Shown in pieces: positions 1 to 9,863 of a stretch of 64,000 nucleotides of DNA. A program made the position numbers and the translations under genes. This stretch comes from Candidatus Latescibacterota bacterium (GTDB lineage: Bacteria; Latescibacterota; UBA2968; UBA8231), in NCBI GenBank assembly GCA_965261395.1, contig OZ253462.1, positions 3,168,001 to 3,232,000 of the forward strand. The letters run 5' to 3'. Within the stretch, counting starts at the first letter, position 1, and each line of letters opens with the position of its first letter. The notes beneath the pieces are model-generated. The model ran no database searches and had not been told where the DNA came from. It worked only from the letters and a program-made list of their open reading frames with translations.

Positions 1-58
1 GCTCAACATCGGACAGCCACCATAAAAAGGTGTGGGTATCCAACAGTAGCCGCGACAT
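1..58 (-). CDS. vapC: VapC/PIN toxin, N-terminal part (runs off window)
   Basis: Manual translation from ATG at 58: MSRLLLDTHTFLWWLSDVE, the classic LLDTHxxLW PIN start; begins 3 bp after the antitoxin stop. Confidence 0.85.
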   Translation of the reverse strand, partial: MSRLLLDTHTFLWWLSDVE

Positions 59-60
59 TG

Positions 61-315
61 CTAACCCTTAGCTGGGAAAATTTTCGAGTCCTCAAGCAGA
101 TCCATGAGTTCTTCATCAGGATCGTCGAAGTCTGGAGACATCCAGATTTTTCCTTCTAGCCCACCAGGCTGACGTTCCTCCAGACGATCCCGATACGGTT
201 CCAGCCGCAAATACGGCTCGCCGGCCTTGGCGATCACCACTTCTTCCCCCTCCCAAGCCAACTTACCTAGGCGCGAAAGTTGCGATTTGGCCTCGTGCAT
301 GTTCACCTTCATCAT
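61..315 (-). CDS. Phd/YefM-family antitoxin
   Basis: VNMHEAKSQLSRL...GEEVVIAKAGEP Phd motif; C-terminal PGGLEGKIWMSPDFDDP; upstream of a PIN toxin. Confidence 0.9.
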   Translation of the reverse strand: MMKVNMHEAKSQLSRLGKLAWEGEEVVIAKAGEPYLRLEPYRDRLEERQPGGLEGKIWMSPDFDDPDEELMDLLEDSKIFPAKG

Positions 316-330
316 TATGGATCCTCCGAT

Positions 331-348
331 AGCTAAGTTAAGCTAAGT
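331..348. promoter_or_regulatory. Probable TA operator, direct repeat AGCTAAGT x2
   Basis: agctaagt at 331-338 and 341-348, between a minus-strand TTGACA (369-374) and the antitoxin RBS. Confidence 0.4.
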
Positions 349-401
349 CTATATTTTGCGGCGGGGCCTTGTCAAGGACGAACGGCAAGCGGCTTAGTGC
401 A

Positions 402-3400
402 TTACACCGCCTGCTGCCCAGCCCCGGCAAACGCCTCTTCCGCCGCGTCCTGATACCCTTGGCGGATCCCCGGCGACAGGGTGCGCCACACGAGGAATCG
501 CTTGCGCAGCACGTTGAGGAACTTGCGATTCATCCGCTGCCAAGAGGCCACGTCGCCGCTGAGGCGCTCGATGTGGGTCTCGATCTTGTAGATGTGGTGC
601 TCGCCGGTGGGGGTCGCCTGCAGGCGCACCTGCTGGCTGATCCCTAGGTCGTAGGGCGCCAGCCAAGTGCGCATGGCAATGGCGTAGGATGGCTCCGGCC
701 CGTCTGCGGCGATGGATAGCTCGACGTCGCGGGCGATGAAGTCGCCGATCGAACCTTCGCCATAGGCGGCGAAGACCGACTTGAGGTACACGTACATGCT
801 CGGCACCTCGGCTCCGCCGACCGTGAAGGGAAAATCAAAGCGCCAGTGATCGCCGACGGGCGGAGGGAATTGCCATTGCCGCGTCACGTCTGGGACGGCC
901 ATGTTGGCCGCCATGCGCGCTGGATACAAGGTCGATAAATAAACCGTGCCGATGACGACGACCGTAGCCCACACCGCAGAGAGCGACGAGTAGTTGAGCG
1001 TCAGGCCAGCGAGTAGCCCGTATTGCAGCATGAACAGATGGGCGATTTGGCCTAGGACGTAGCCGACCACCGCGCCAAAGGTGGCAAAGACCGTGGACTC
1101 GGCCAAGAACAGCAGGCCGATGTGGCTGGGGGCCAAGCCGACGACGCTGTAGATGCCGATTTCGCGCACGCGCTCATACACGGCCCCCATCATGGTATTG
1201 AGCACGATCAAGGCGGCGATGATCACCGGTACCAAAAGCTGACCGGCCCCGCTTATTTCGGTGGAGCCGATCGAGCTGTAGGCCACGACGCGGTCCCCTT
1301 GGCCGACGAACAAGGTCAGCGCGACCCGCGACATAAAGGATTCCACGCGCCGAACAAACTCCGGGTCGCTGGCGTCGGCGGCAATGGCGATGGAGCGCAG
1401 GCGGCCGTCCATAGCGCGGACGCGCTGGTAGGGCAAGAAGAGGGTATTGACCACTTCGAGGTGGTTGAAGGTCTCGACCGCGGTGGCGGCCAAGGCGCGC
1501 GGGTCCTCGGTGCTCTCACGGGTGATGAGGCCGGCGTCTTTAACCGTATCCACGGGCGTCAGGCGCTCGCCATCGAGATCGACGATTTCTTTTAGGGCCG
1601 CGCTGTCGAACAGGCCGATGACTTGGTACTCCTCGCCGTAGAGCGCGATGGTGGCCGTGCCCACGTCTTCGGCCCCAATGCCGACGAGCGCGGCTAGGCT
1701 GTCGGGCAAGATGACGACCTTGTCGTCGCCCGCGGCGAAGAAGCGGCCGGCCGAGATGTGCGCGTCGAGGCCGGTGACCTCAGCTTCGGCCGGCTGTAGG
1801 CCCACCAAGCCGTGCGCGAAGCTGGCCGCGCCGGTCGCGGTGGCGGCAAAGTCGATAAAGGCCCGTTCGGATTCGACCGGCGACAAGTACCAAGCGCGCG
1901 GCACTACCAAGGCGCGGTCGCCGAATGCGCTCTGCACGTAGTCCAAGATGGAATCCTGCATGCCGCGCCAAGCGCGGTCGCGGATGAGGCCGCCCTCGTA
2001 TAGGGGCGGAGTGTCACGCGGCAGGCGATAGAAGTCGAGGCTGGACTTGACCGAGGTAAAGGAATTGACGGTAAAGGTCAAAAAGGTCAGGGTCGCGGCC
2101 GTCAGCGCGGTGCGCAGGCGGCGTTTGCTCAAGTTGGAGATGCCCAACAGCACGGCCGCAAAACCCGCGGCGATGCGCCCCACGTCGGTCTCGTGCACGC
2201 CCGAGGCTGCGCCCTTGCGCCGTTGCAAAAGCGCTTTGAAGCGCGCGACGACGATGAAGATGACGAGGACGCCCAAGGCGAGGATGACAAACGCAAGGAA
2301 GATGATGTACGGCGAGGAACTCAGCTTGAAGGCTGGATGGACGAAGCGCAGGATCAGAAACACGAGGACGAAAATGCCGACAAAGCCAGCGATTTGCCGC
2401 CGCACGTCCGGGAAGCCGAAGAAGAAGCGCTCGCAGAAGAAGGCAAAGGGCAACAGCAGCGCGAAGTAGAAAATCACCGCGCGAACCGCGTCGTTGGCAG
2501 TGGCCTTGACTTCCGGGTAGATGCGGGCCTCCAGCCCGAGGGCACGGCGCACGGCGCGCTGGTAGCCGGTGTAATCGAACGCCGCGAGTTTGTCGCGGGC
2601 TTCGAGCAGGGCCTCCCGCGCTTGATCGTGCATGGCCTGTAGCTGTTCGAGGACGATGCCGTGGCGCACCATTTGTTTGATCCGCGCCTCGTCGAGGATC
2701 CAGATGTCACGGGCCGCCTGCAACGCCGGGTAGGGAATGAGGCCTTGTTCGACGGGGAAGCCCGCGCCCTGTGCCCGCTCAATGGTCGCCAGATCAACGC
2801 CGGCCGGATCGAGTTCGGCGAACAGGGCAGAGTCCGCGTTGGTGAGCATGTAGCGCACGCCGGCGAGTGCGCTCTCGCCGCCGAAGGCTCCTTCACCGGC
2901 GAGGATCTTGACGCGGGTGCCCGGCTCAGCGAACACCACGCCGGCCTGCACCACCCGGTCCTGTACCGCGCTTTGGTTTTCGATGTAGTTGAGGGAGAAG
3001 GAGCGCGGCGGCGCGTTGTTGGTGCCGAGGACATTGACGCGGTCCATGGCTGATAGGTAGCGCGGATCAACGACCTCCAAGAAGCTCAGGGCGCGGCAGC
3101 GAAACAGGACCTGCAACATGCGGTTTTCCCACCAGCCATACGGCTGAGTGCCCGGGTAGGTTTTGTCGCCCTCCTCGCCGAGGTCGGGTGCGGAGACGAT
3201 GCGCCCGTATTCGTCTAGTTCAAAGGCTTGGATCCGGTTGGCAAAGCGGTTGCGCACGATGTCGAACTTGAAGTAGCCGCTCTCGTCCCCGTGCGTGGCC
3301 ATAAGGGTGCGCACGCCGGCCACGGAGTTGGGGCCGGGCTGGAGATAGGTGACGAGGGCGTTGGGCACTGGGGCCTTGGGTACGGCGAAATTCACGTCGC

Positions 3401-5015
3401 GGTCGAACCAGTAGATGTTGCCCTCTAGGCTGTGGCCCCAATCGCGCAGGGTCAGCTTGGTGTCGTTGAAAAAGTCGGGGTCGGAAGCGGCCTTGAGCAG
3501 CAGCCCGGCTATGGTGCGGGTCTGTGCGGCGAGGTTGTCCAGCGCGACGAATTCGAGCCGGTCGAGGGGCGTATCGACGCGCTGGCGCAGTTGGTTGGGC
3601 GTGACGAAAGAGAGCGCCTCCTTGCCCACAAAGGCCGCGGCCTCGCTGTCGAGGGCTAGCCGCACGGGCATGAAGTTTTTCCACACCCGCTTCTGCGGGG
3701 CAATGGCGTCTTGGTAGCGGGTCGAGTCGGCGAAAATCTCGCGGTTGTAGCGGGCAAAGCGCGCGGCGTAGTGCGCCATCAAGTTCTTCTGATAGTCGTC
3801 GTTGCGCCAAGCCGAGTTGTAGAACGTGCCCATGGTAAAGCTGCCAACTTGGGGGCTGTGGCTGGCCAAGTCGAGGCCGACGAAGAGGCGGAAGTCGATG
3901 CGCTCGGCGGGCGGGATCTGGTCGCGGAAATGCTCGCTTTTGCGCGCGTGGCGGTAGAGGAAATCGTTGACGCCGGCCAAGCCCTGAAAGTGCCCAGGGG
4001 TGGCCAAAAAGAGCACGGTGTAGCGGGTGCCTTCGGCGACGAGCAAACGCGCGATTTCGAGCAGTGCGGCCATGCCGGTTGCGTTCTCGGCCCCTGGGGC
4101 CAGCGCGGGGACGACCGAGATCGCGTCGTAGTGTGCTTGCAGGACGATGATTTGGTCGCCCCATTGCTGGATTTCGCGGCGCTGACCGCGCGGCATGTCC
4201 TCGGCTAAGCCCGGGAGGATGGCAAATATGTTGCGCGCCTGGACCTGCTCCCAGTCCATGCGCGCTTCGAGATGTACTTGGGAGTCGTCGCTGCGCGCTC
4301 GCTGCCGCAGGACCTCTGCGTCCGCCGCTTCGACCCAAAAGCGCGGGATGTCCGCGGGCACTTGGAGGAATTTTTCAGCGGCCTCGCTGCGGGTGGCGTG
4401 GCCATCGTCGTACAGCAAGATGGCCTGTGCGCCCAAGGCCCGCGCTTCGACGTGGGCCTTGCCCGAGCCAAATCCCATTAGCGCGATGCTGCCCGCTAGC
4501 TGCTGACCGTCCATCTCGGCTAAGCTGCCGCGTCCCACGTCTATGAGGTGGCCGGAGACGCCGCCCGGCGGCAGGGATGGCGGGCGCACGTGGTTGGGCC
4601 ACAATCCGTAGATGGGAATGGGCGCGTCCGAGCCGATCAAGCGGAGCCGACCACCGCGATCTAGGGGGACGGAGAGAGGGAAAATCTCGCTGGTGACTTG
4701 GAGGCCGAGACGGCGGAATTCCCCTTCGATATAGCGGGCCGCATTGGTGGCTCCCGCATAGCCAGTGACGCGGGACGAGTCTGCGGTGAGGATGCGGAGG
4801 TGGCGCTCTAGATCGGCGGCGTTTATTTGCGCGACGGCTTCGCGCAGCGAGGGCGCTTGGTCGGTCGCCGGCACTTCGCGCAGTGGCACCCAGCCAATGG
4901 CCCGTTCCATCCAGCGCGAAATCGCAGCCGGATCAAAGACCGTGACCGATAGCAGGAAGAAGGCCGCGGTGGCGAACAGGAGGAATTTGGTCAGCATTAA
5001 ACGAATGCCCAGCAC
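402..5015 (-). CDS. M28-peptidase-like/PA domain + multi-TM + FtsX/MacB-like permease fusion (1537 aa)
   Basis: SRVTGYAG, QAHYDA, PGAENATG (M28-like); TM cluster; NLSKRRLRTALT and AVYERVREIGIYSVVGLAP (FtsX permease motifs). Confidence 0.8.
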   Translation of the reverse strand: MLGIRLMLTKFLLFATAAFFLLSVTVFDPAAISRWMERAIGWVPLREVPATDQAPSLREAVAQINAADLERHLRILTADSSRVTGYAGATNAARYIEGEFRRLGLQVTSEIFPLSVPLDRGGRLRLIGSDAPIPIYGLWPNHVRPPSLPPGGVSGHLIDVGRGSLAEMDGQQLAGSIALMGFGSGKAHVEARALGAQAILLYDDGHATRSEAAEKFLQVPADIPRFWVEAADAEVLRQRARSDDSQVHLEARMDWEQVQARNIFAILPGLAEDMPRGQRREIQQWGDQIIVLQAHYDAISVVPALAPGAENATGMAALLEIARLLVAEGTRYTVLFLATPGHFQGLAGVNDFLYRHARKSEHFRDQIPPAERIDFRLFVGLDLASHSPQVGSFTMGTFYNSAWRNDDYQKNLMAHYAARFARYNREIFADSTRYQDAIAPQKRVWKNFMPVRLALDSEAAAFVGKEALSFVTPNQLRQRVDTPLDRLEFVALDNLAAQTRTIAGLLLKAASDPDFFNDTKLTLRDWGHSLEGNIYWFDRDVNFAVPKAPVPNALVTYLQPGPNSVAGVRTLMATHGDESGYFKFDIVRNRFANRIQAFELDEYGRIVSAPDLGEEGDKTYPGTQPYGWWENRMLQVLFRCRALSFLEVVDPRYLSAMDRVNVLGTNNAPPRSFSLNYIENQSAVQDRVVQAGVVFAEPGTRVKILAGEGAFGGESALAGVRYMLTNADSALFAELDPAGVDLATIERAQGAGFPVEQGLIPYPALQAARDIWILDEARIKQMVRHGIVLEQLQAMHDQAREALLEARDKLAAFDYTGYQRAVRRALGLEARIYPEVKATANDAVRAVIFYFALLLPFAFFCERFFFGFPDVRRQIAGFVGIFVLVFLILRFVHPAFKLSSSPYIIFLAFVILALGVLVIFIVVARFKALLQRRKGAASGVHETDVGRIAAGFAAVLLGISNLSKRRLRTALTAATLTFLTFTVNSFTSVKSSLDFYRLPRDTPPLYEGGLIRDRAWRGMQDSILDYVQSAFGDRALVVPRAWYLSPVESERAFIDFAATATGAASFAHGLVGLQPAEAEVTGLDAHISAGRFFAAGDDKVVILPDSLAALVGIGAEDVGTATIALYGEEYQVIGLFDSAALKEIVDLDGERLTPVDTVKDAGLITRESTEDPRALAATAVETFNHLEVVNTLFLPYQRVRAMDGRLRSIAIAADASDPEFVRRVESFMSRVALTLFVGQGDRVVAYSSIGSTEISGAGQLLVPVIIAALIVLNTMMGAVYERVREIGIYSVVGLAPSHIGLLFLAESTVFATFGAVVGYVLGQIAHLFMLQYGLLAGLTLNYSSLSAVWATVVVIGTVYLSTLYPARMAANMAVPDVTRQWQFPPPVGDHWRFDFPFTVGGAEVPSMYVYLKSVFAAYGEGSIGDFIARDVELSIAADGPEPSYAIAMRTWLAPYDLGISQQVRLQATPTGEHHIYKIETHIERLSGDVASWQRMNRKFLNVLRKRFLVWRTLSPGIRQGYQDAAEEAFAGAGQQAV

Positions 5016-5023
5016 TGGACAGC

Positions 5024-5047
5024 AAAAGAGGCAGGCCGCGGCCTGCC
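5024..5047 (-). terminator. Putative intrinsic terminator/attenuator hairpin
   Basis: Perfect palindrome ggcaggccgcggcctgcc (5030-5047) followed by TCTTTT on the minus strand. Confidence 0.45.
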
Positions 5048-5075
5048 CCTAGGCTACTCAGCTTGGCCTGCCCGG

Positions 5076-5840
5076 CTAGTTGGCCGCCAGTTTGTCGATG
5101 TTTTTGACCTTCTGAATGTCGCGCTTAAAGCGAAAACGGAGGTCGATGGTCTCCACAGGTTCGTTGCGGAAGTTGTAGCGCAACCCTAACTCGGGAATCT
5201 CAACGACGATCTCGGCGACGTCGTCGTGGATTTTGGAGAATACCACGTAGCCCTCGACCTCTTGCCCTGAGAAGCAAAAGTCGTCGTCTGGGTACCTGGC
5301 TCGGTTGTAGAGGTCGCGGCGCGCGTCGAAGCGCAAATAGCCCAAGCCGTTGAAGGCTATGGGGAAACGCCGGAAGTACTCCTCCACGTCGTAACTTCCC
5401 CAAGGATAATAGTGCCGCCCATTGGCCGATTCCACGGTCACCGCTAGCGGGTCGAACTTAACTTTGGGGTATTCGTAGTTTTTGACCGTAATCTTGAAGA
5501 CGGACAAGCGCTGCGGCGACTTGCCCGTGCGCGGATCAATCCAATTGCCATAGGTGAACGGATTGGACGGTAGCTCGTCGGCCGGGCCGCTGGCATTGGT
5601 GGATTCGGCCGGGAACTGGCGATTGATCTCCTCGTCGGTCATGGGCCGCACGGACACTTCGAGGCGGTTTTGCACGAAGGTGACCGTGCCGTCGTCGAGG
5701 ATTTGGATGCTCGACCCTTGAATATCGGTCTGTTGCTGGGCCGCCTCTAAGGGCTGAAACCGCCCGGGGATTAGGTAGTGGCCGCAGCCCAACAAAAGGG
5801 CCGCAACGGCGAGGATGGAAATTTTTTGGTAAGCGTACAT
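5076..5840 (-). CDS. Hypothetical lipoprotein
   Basis: Start reassigned to ATG 5840 (GAGGAG RBS); MYAYQKISILAVAALLLGC lipobox. Confidence 0.75.
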   Translation of the reverse strand: MYAYQKISILAVAALLLGCGHYLIPGRFQPLEAAQQQTDIQGSSIQILDDGTVTFVQNRLEVSVRPMTDEEINRQFPAESTNASGPADELPSNPFTYGNWIDPRTGKSPQRLSVFKITVKNYEYPKVKFDPLAVTVESANGRHYYPWGSYDVEEYFRRFPIAFNGLGYLRFDARRDLYNRARYPDDDFCFSGQEVEGYVVFSKIHDDVAEIVVEIPELGLRYNFRNEPVETIDLRFRFKRDIQKVKNIDKLAAN

Positions 5841-5862
5841 GGAACACTCCTCTCTGACGGAC

Positions 5863-7170
5863 TTATAGCTCGACTGGGTTTGCAGCCTGTCTCCGCCGGG
5901 AGACAAATTCCCCCAACTGCCCTTCCTCCACCGCGACGACCGCGGCGTACTTTTCGCGCAGTTGCTCGATGTAGCGGTCGAACAGGGGTGCGGCTTGGGC
6001 GTCGCGCAAATCGCGCGCGACTTGCGCTTGCAGTTCCCGCCCGCTCGCGCCCGAGCCAGCGTAGCGTTGCGCATTGGCCTCGTAAAAGGCGCGTACCTGC
6101 GCGGGGTCAATCTGAATGTGCGCGAAAATATCCCGCTCCCACAAGGCTTGGATCAGCTTCTGTTCGCGCACCTTTGCACGGCGCGATTCCAACTCGGCGT
6201 ACAGACCGTGCTTGCGCGCCTCCTGCGGCAAAATCTGGTCGGCGACAAAGGCCCGCGTCACCTTGAATCCAAGGGCGCTGACATCGGCCTCGTGCGGCTC
6301 GGCGTTTGCACCGAGCCGCACGAGGGCCTGCTGGTAGTCCGTCGCACTCCAGTCGCCCGCGTTGCTACGGACCAACCGCACCTCCGGTCGCGCCGCCCCC
6401 TCGGCGACCTGCCGCAACGCAGCCGTGTCCAACTGCACCGCGTACTGGTTGGTCAACTGTTCTAGATAGGCCAAGTTTGCCTGTTGCTTCTTGTGCCGAG
6501 TTAGGGCCGCTTCCACGAGCGGGCGGCGGTCCGCCAACGAGACCTCGCGTTCGGCCGCAATGGCTATCACCCAATATTGCCCGTTGGTTTCCACCAAATC
6601 GACGGCCCCCACTTCCCGGAGGAAAAGGGCGGCCATGCGCGCGTCGCCCGCGTTGAGCGCGTTGAGCCACCCGCTCTCGCCCCACTCCCCGGGCAAATCC
6701 GCCCCGTCTTGAGCCTTTTTGAGCATCTCCATGGCCGCGGCCCGCTCGCGTACGGGCAAGCGACGCAGGCGAATTTCGCGGCCGGTGCCCGATTCGGCGA
6801 AGAATTCCGCCAGTTCAGTTTCCGCATAAGCCAACTGCTCGCTCATCTCGCGCACGAGCAATTGCTCGACTAGCTCCTTGCGCTCCCAAGCTGCCACCGC
6901 ACCGGCGACCGCTTCGTCTAGCCCTTGGGCGCGGGCTTCGAGCAGCAGCAGCTCCTTGTCGATGAGGGCCTGAAATTGGCGTCGCCAATCCGCGAGGGGC
7001 TGGGCTTCGCTGCCGGCGGGTAGCTTTTCCAAGGCCGCGGCAAAATCCCGCTCGCTAATCTCGGCCTCGCCCACTCGGGCTAAGACTGCCGACGCGCTTT
7101 CTTGTGGTGCGTCGGCGCAGGCCCACAATCCCAAGGCTAGGAGGACCGTCTGCGGTTTTAGAAGCTCCAT
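5863..7170 (-). CDS. SurA/PrsA-like (degenerate parvulin) chaperone lipoprotein
   Basis: Lipobox LWAC; VLARVGEAEIS, LIDKELLLLEARAQGLD SurA_N-like motifs; paralogous to 29052-30686 and 40486-42057. Confidence 0.7.
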   Translation of the reverse strand: MELLKPQTVLLALGLWACADAPQESASAVLARVGEAEISERDFAAALEKLPAGSEAQPLADWRRQFQALIDKELLLLEARAQGLDEAVAGAVAAWERKELVEQLLVREMSEQLAYAETELAEFFAESGTGREIRLRRLPVRERAAAMEMLKKAQDGADLPGEWGESGWLNALNAGDARMAALFLREVGAVDLVETNGQYWVIAIAAEREVSLADRRPLVEAALTRHKKQQANLAYLEQLTNQYAVQLDTAALRQVAEGAARPEVRLVRSNAGDWSATDYQQALVRLGANAEPHEADVSALGFKVTRAFVADQILPQEARKHGLYAELESRRAKVREQKLIQALWERDIFAHIQIDPAQVRAFYEANAQRYAGSGASGRELQAQVARDLRDAQAAPLFDRYIEQLREKYAAVVAVEEGQLGEFVSRRRQAANPVEL

Positions 7171-9773
7171 CCCCTTCTTTCGGCTGGCCGACCTCCCAAG
7201 CGCTCCTCCTCCAGCCCGGCATAGAGTTCAATGAAGGCAATGGTATTGCTCACGTCTTGGTCGGTGAGGTTGGCAAAGTTGATGTCGTTGACCTGAAAGC
7301 CAACGTTGGATGTGATGCTGTACCCTTGATATTGCACCCGATTGGTGTACTGCACGGTGAACACCTTGCCGATGAAGTCGTCGATGTACTCGGGCGGCAG
7401 CGGGTCGGGGATCGCCTCGGCATTGCGAAAGATTACGGCTTCCACCCCGACCTCGACGCGGCTTCTGGTCAGCACCGGGAACACCGCGGACAGGGAGAAA
7501 ATTTCGCTCAATTCGTTAATCTCGAGCTGGACGGTGCGCGGTTGGGTGCGCTTGCGCCACATGTTTTTCCAGCGCGGGATCAAGGTGACGTTGCGCCCGA
7601 TGGAAAACGGATAGTCCACTTTGTTGATCACGCCGAAGAACGCGCTGTCGCGGAGGCGCTCGGCTGCTTCGTCGCGCTGCTTGAAGTGATCGAGGCGGAA
7701 CTTGTTGACAAAGGTCAGGTTGCCACGGGTGTACTTGTAGCCGGCGAAGCTCTGATTGACGATGGTGTTTTCGGTGATTAAGGGGTCATCAAAAGGTTGC
7801 AAGCCGCCAATGGAGCCGGGGCGCTGCACCCATTGCAGCAGGTTATCGGCGATGTTGTCCTCGACAAACTTGAGCATGTGGAAGACCTCGAACTTGCCCA
7901 TCCTAGAGATATCGCGCACCGCGCTGAGCAATGCGTACACGGCTGTTGACCGCTCTTCACCGGCGATTAGCCACTCGCGATTGCGACCGACAGTGATGTT
8001 GATCCCTGGGTAAAGCTCAGTCCCCCCATACATGTTCCAGCCGCGATGGCCCTTGCGGTAGGGATAGTCGGCCTCGTCGTCGTTTTCAAAGCGATCCACT
8101 ACGGTGTTGTGGTTCATATCGACGCCGAAGAGAAAGTCGGGTGGGTCGATGTAGTGGCGCAAGAACGGCTCTTCGTAGTCCGGGGTGAGGTTGGAGTTTT
8201 CGTTGAAGTCCGAGAGCAGGTCGTTGTTTTCGTCGAGGCCGGGGAAGACGGCGTTGTCGCCGCCAGCCCCGCCAAAGCGCGGCCAATCGACGAGCTGGTC
8301 GTTGTCGTCGTTGTCGTCGATGTACTCGAACCAGTTCTGCCGCTGGTTTTCGTAATCCACCACATCGTTTTGGTCGGTGATGTACCCGCGCGTGGTGTAC
8401 CCGTAATCCATACTGAACACCTCGCCGTAGCCAAAGTAGCGGCCCACGTGGCGCGTGGCGTTGACGAACCAAGCATCGGCTGTGCGGTCGCTCTTTTCGA
8501 GGTTGCTCAGTTTCTGGATGTTGATGTTGGGATAGCGCTGAAACTGGGTGTTGCGCGCGAATTCGCCGCGCACCTCCAAGCCCCATATATCTTCGATGAC
8601 CAAATCCACGCTGGCGATTTGGTTGGCCGAGGGTAGGCCGTAGTCAAAGCGGACGACGCGCTGGTTGGTGTTGTCGCGCACATTGCCTTCGGCGCGGGCG
8701 ACCGGCAAGAAGATGGGCTGGCCGTTGATATTGGTCTGCAAGTTGGAGGTCATCTCCACTCGGTAGTCGTTGGAGAGCACCATGGCAAAGCTGACCTTTT
8801 GCACCACCAGCGGGTCGGGCACTCGGTAGCGGAGGAGAATCGGGGCCTCTTCGAGGGCTTCGAGGAAGCCCTCGCGCTGGCGGCCGCCCTCGATGGTGGG
8901 ATTAACGGAGGTCTCTTGACCATCGACGATCATCTGCGCCGAGAAAAACAGGGCACCGGAGCCATCGCCGGGCGAGTCGTCGGCGATGCGGATGACGATT
9001 TCGGTGACGTTGCCCGAATTCTGGCTACTGGTCAGCAAGCCGGCGCGCGAGTTCTCCGAGAAATTGCTGCTCGCCGAGCCGAAGTTCGTATTGACATACG
9101 TGACCCCTAAGCCCATGAAATCGCCGATTTGGGAAGTGCCGCGCAGGCCGACGAAATTGGTGAAGTCCGTGTCTTGCACTCGGTTGGAACCCTGTACCGC
9201 CCGCACTGGCTCATTGACGCGCGACAGCAGCACCGTGGCCTCGTACTTGTCGGAAGCGAAGTCCCACTGGACGCCGTTGAAGCGCGAGCGGCTAAAGGTC
9301 AGCGGGGTCAGAGTCGTGCGGATGTAATCGCCAATGGTCAGAGCGGAGTAGTACTGGCCCTTGGAGTCCGCGGCCACGATTAGATTTTGGAACCAACCGC
9401 TGAAGCGGCTGTCTTTGAATACCGTGCTGCCGAAGGCCAGCGGCTGCTGTTGACGCCACTCGTAGACGCGCCAGCCGCGGGTGATCCAGTTGCCAAAAAT
9501 ATCGTACTGGCCCGTGCCCTCTAGCTGCGTGCCGACGTAGCGCGCGTAAGGCTCTTTGGCGTAGTTGGTGTACTTGTAGCCTCCCCAATTATAGATGTAG
9601 TAGAGATCTTGGGGCACGTACCACTTGCGCATGGTTGGGATTAGTGGGTCGAAGCCCTCGATCCTAACCTGCGAGGTGGCGCCGCGCTCGCGCCCCGGGG
9701 TCGCCGCTTGGACGCTGGACGCCACAACGACTAGGACCAGCAGGGCAACCCCCCAGAACATAACTTTGCGCAT
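7158..9773 (-). CDS. Large secreted protein, probable outer-membrane beta-barrel with Asp-rich Ca-binding-like loops
   Basis: Signal peptide; alternating aromatic beta-strand pattern; DDNDDND and GLDENND motifs; terminal Phe. Confidence 0.55.
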   Translation of the reverse strand: MRKVMFWGVALLVLVVVASSVQAATPGRERGATSQVRIEGFDPLIPTMRKWYVPQDLYYIYNWGGYKYTNYAKEPYARYVGTQLEGTGQYDIFGNWITRGWRVYEWRQQQPLAFGSTVFKDSRFSGWFQNLIVAADSKGQYYSALTIGDYIRTTLTPLTFSRSRFNGVQWDFASDKYEATVLLSRVNEPVRAVQGSNRVQDTDFTNFVGLRGTSQIGDFMGLGVTYVNTNFGSASSNFSENSRAGLLTSSQNSGNVTEIVIRIADDSPGDGSGALFFSAQMIVDGQETSVNPTIEGGRQREGFLEALEEAPILLRYRVPDPLVVQKVSFAMVLSNDYRVEMTSNLQTNINGQPIFLPVARAEGNVRDNTNQRVVRFDYGLPSANQIASVDLVIEDIWGLEVRGEFARNTQFQRYPNINIQKLSNLEKSDRTADAWFVNATRHVGRYFGYGEVFSMDYGYTTRGYITDQNDVVDYENQRQNWFEYIDDNDDNDQLVDWPRFGGAGGDNAVFPGLDENNDLLSDFNENSNLTPDYEEPFLRHYIDPPDFLFGVDMNHNTVVDRFENDDEADYPYRKGHRGWNMYGGTELYPGINITVGRNREWLIAGEERSTAVYALLSAVRDISRMGKFEVFHMLKFVEDNIADNLLQWVQRPGSIGGLQPFDDPLITENTIVNQSFAGYKYTRGNLTFVNKFRLDHFKQRDEAAERLRDSAFFGVINKVDYPFSIGRNVTLIPRWKNMWRKRTQPRTVQLEINELSEIFSLSAVFPVLTRSRVEVGVEAVIFRNAEAIPDPLPPEYIDDFIGKVFTVQYTNRVQYQGYSITSNVGFQVNDINFANLTDQDVSNTIAFIELYAGLEEERLGGRPAERRGWSF

Positions 9774-9863
9774 AACAACCCTCCCTTAGGCGTTCACTTG
9801 TGCTTGGTGCGCGGCTAGCCGCGCGGTAAAAAATCGGTGGCCGAGATGGCTCGGCCATGTAGG

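Noticed and set aside
5841-6110. N-terminal extension of the 344-aa ORF, and similar extensions at 14064-14177, 19503-19832, 33674-33865 and 55684-55866
   Set aside because: They overlap neighbouring genes or intergenic DNA; downstream starts have an RBS, a signal peptide or a coupled overlap
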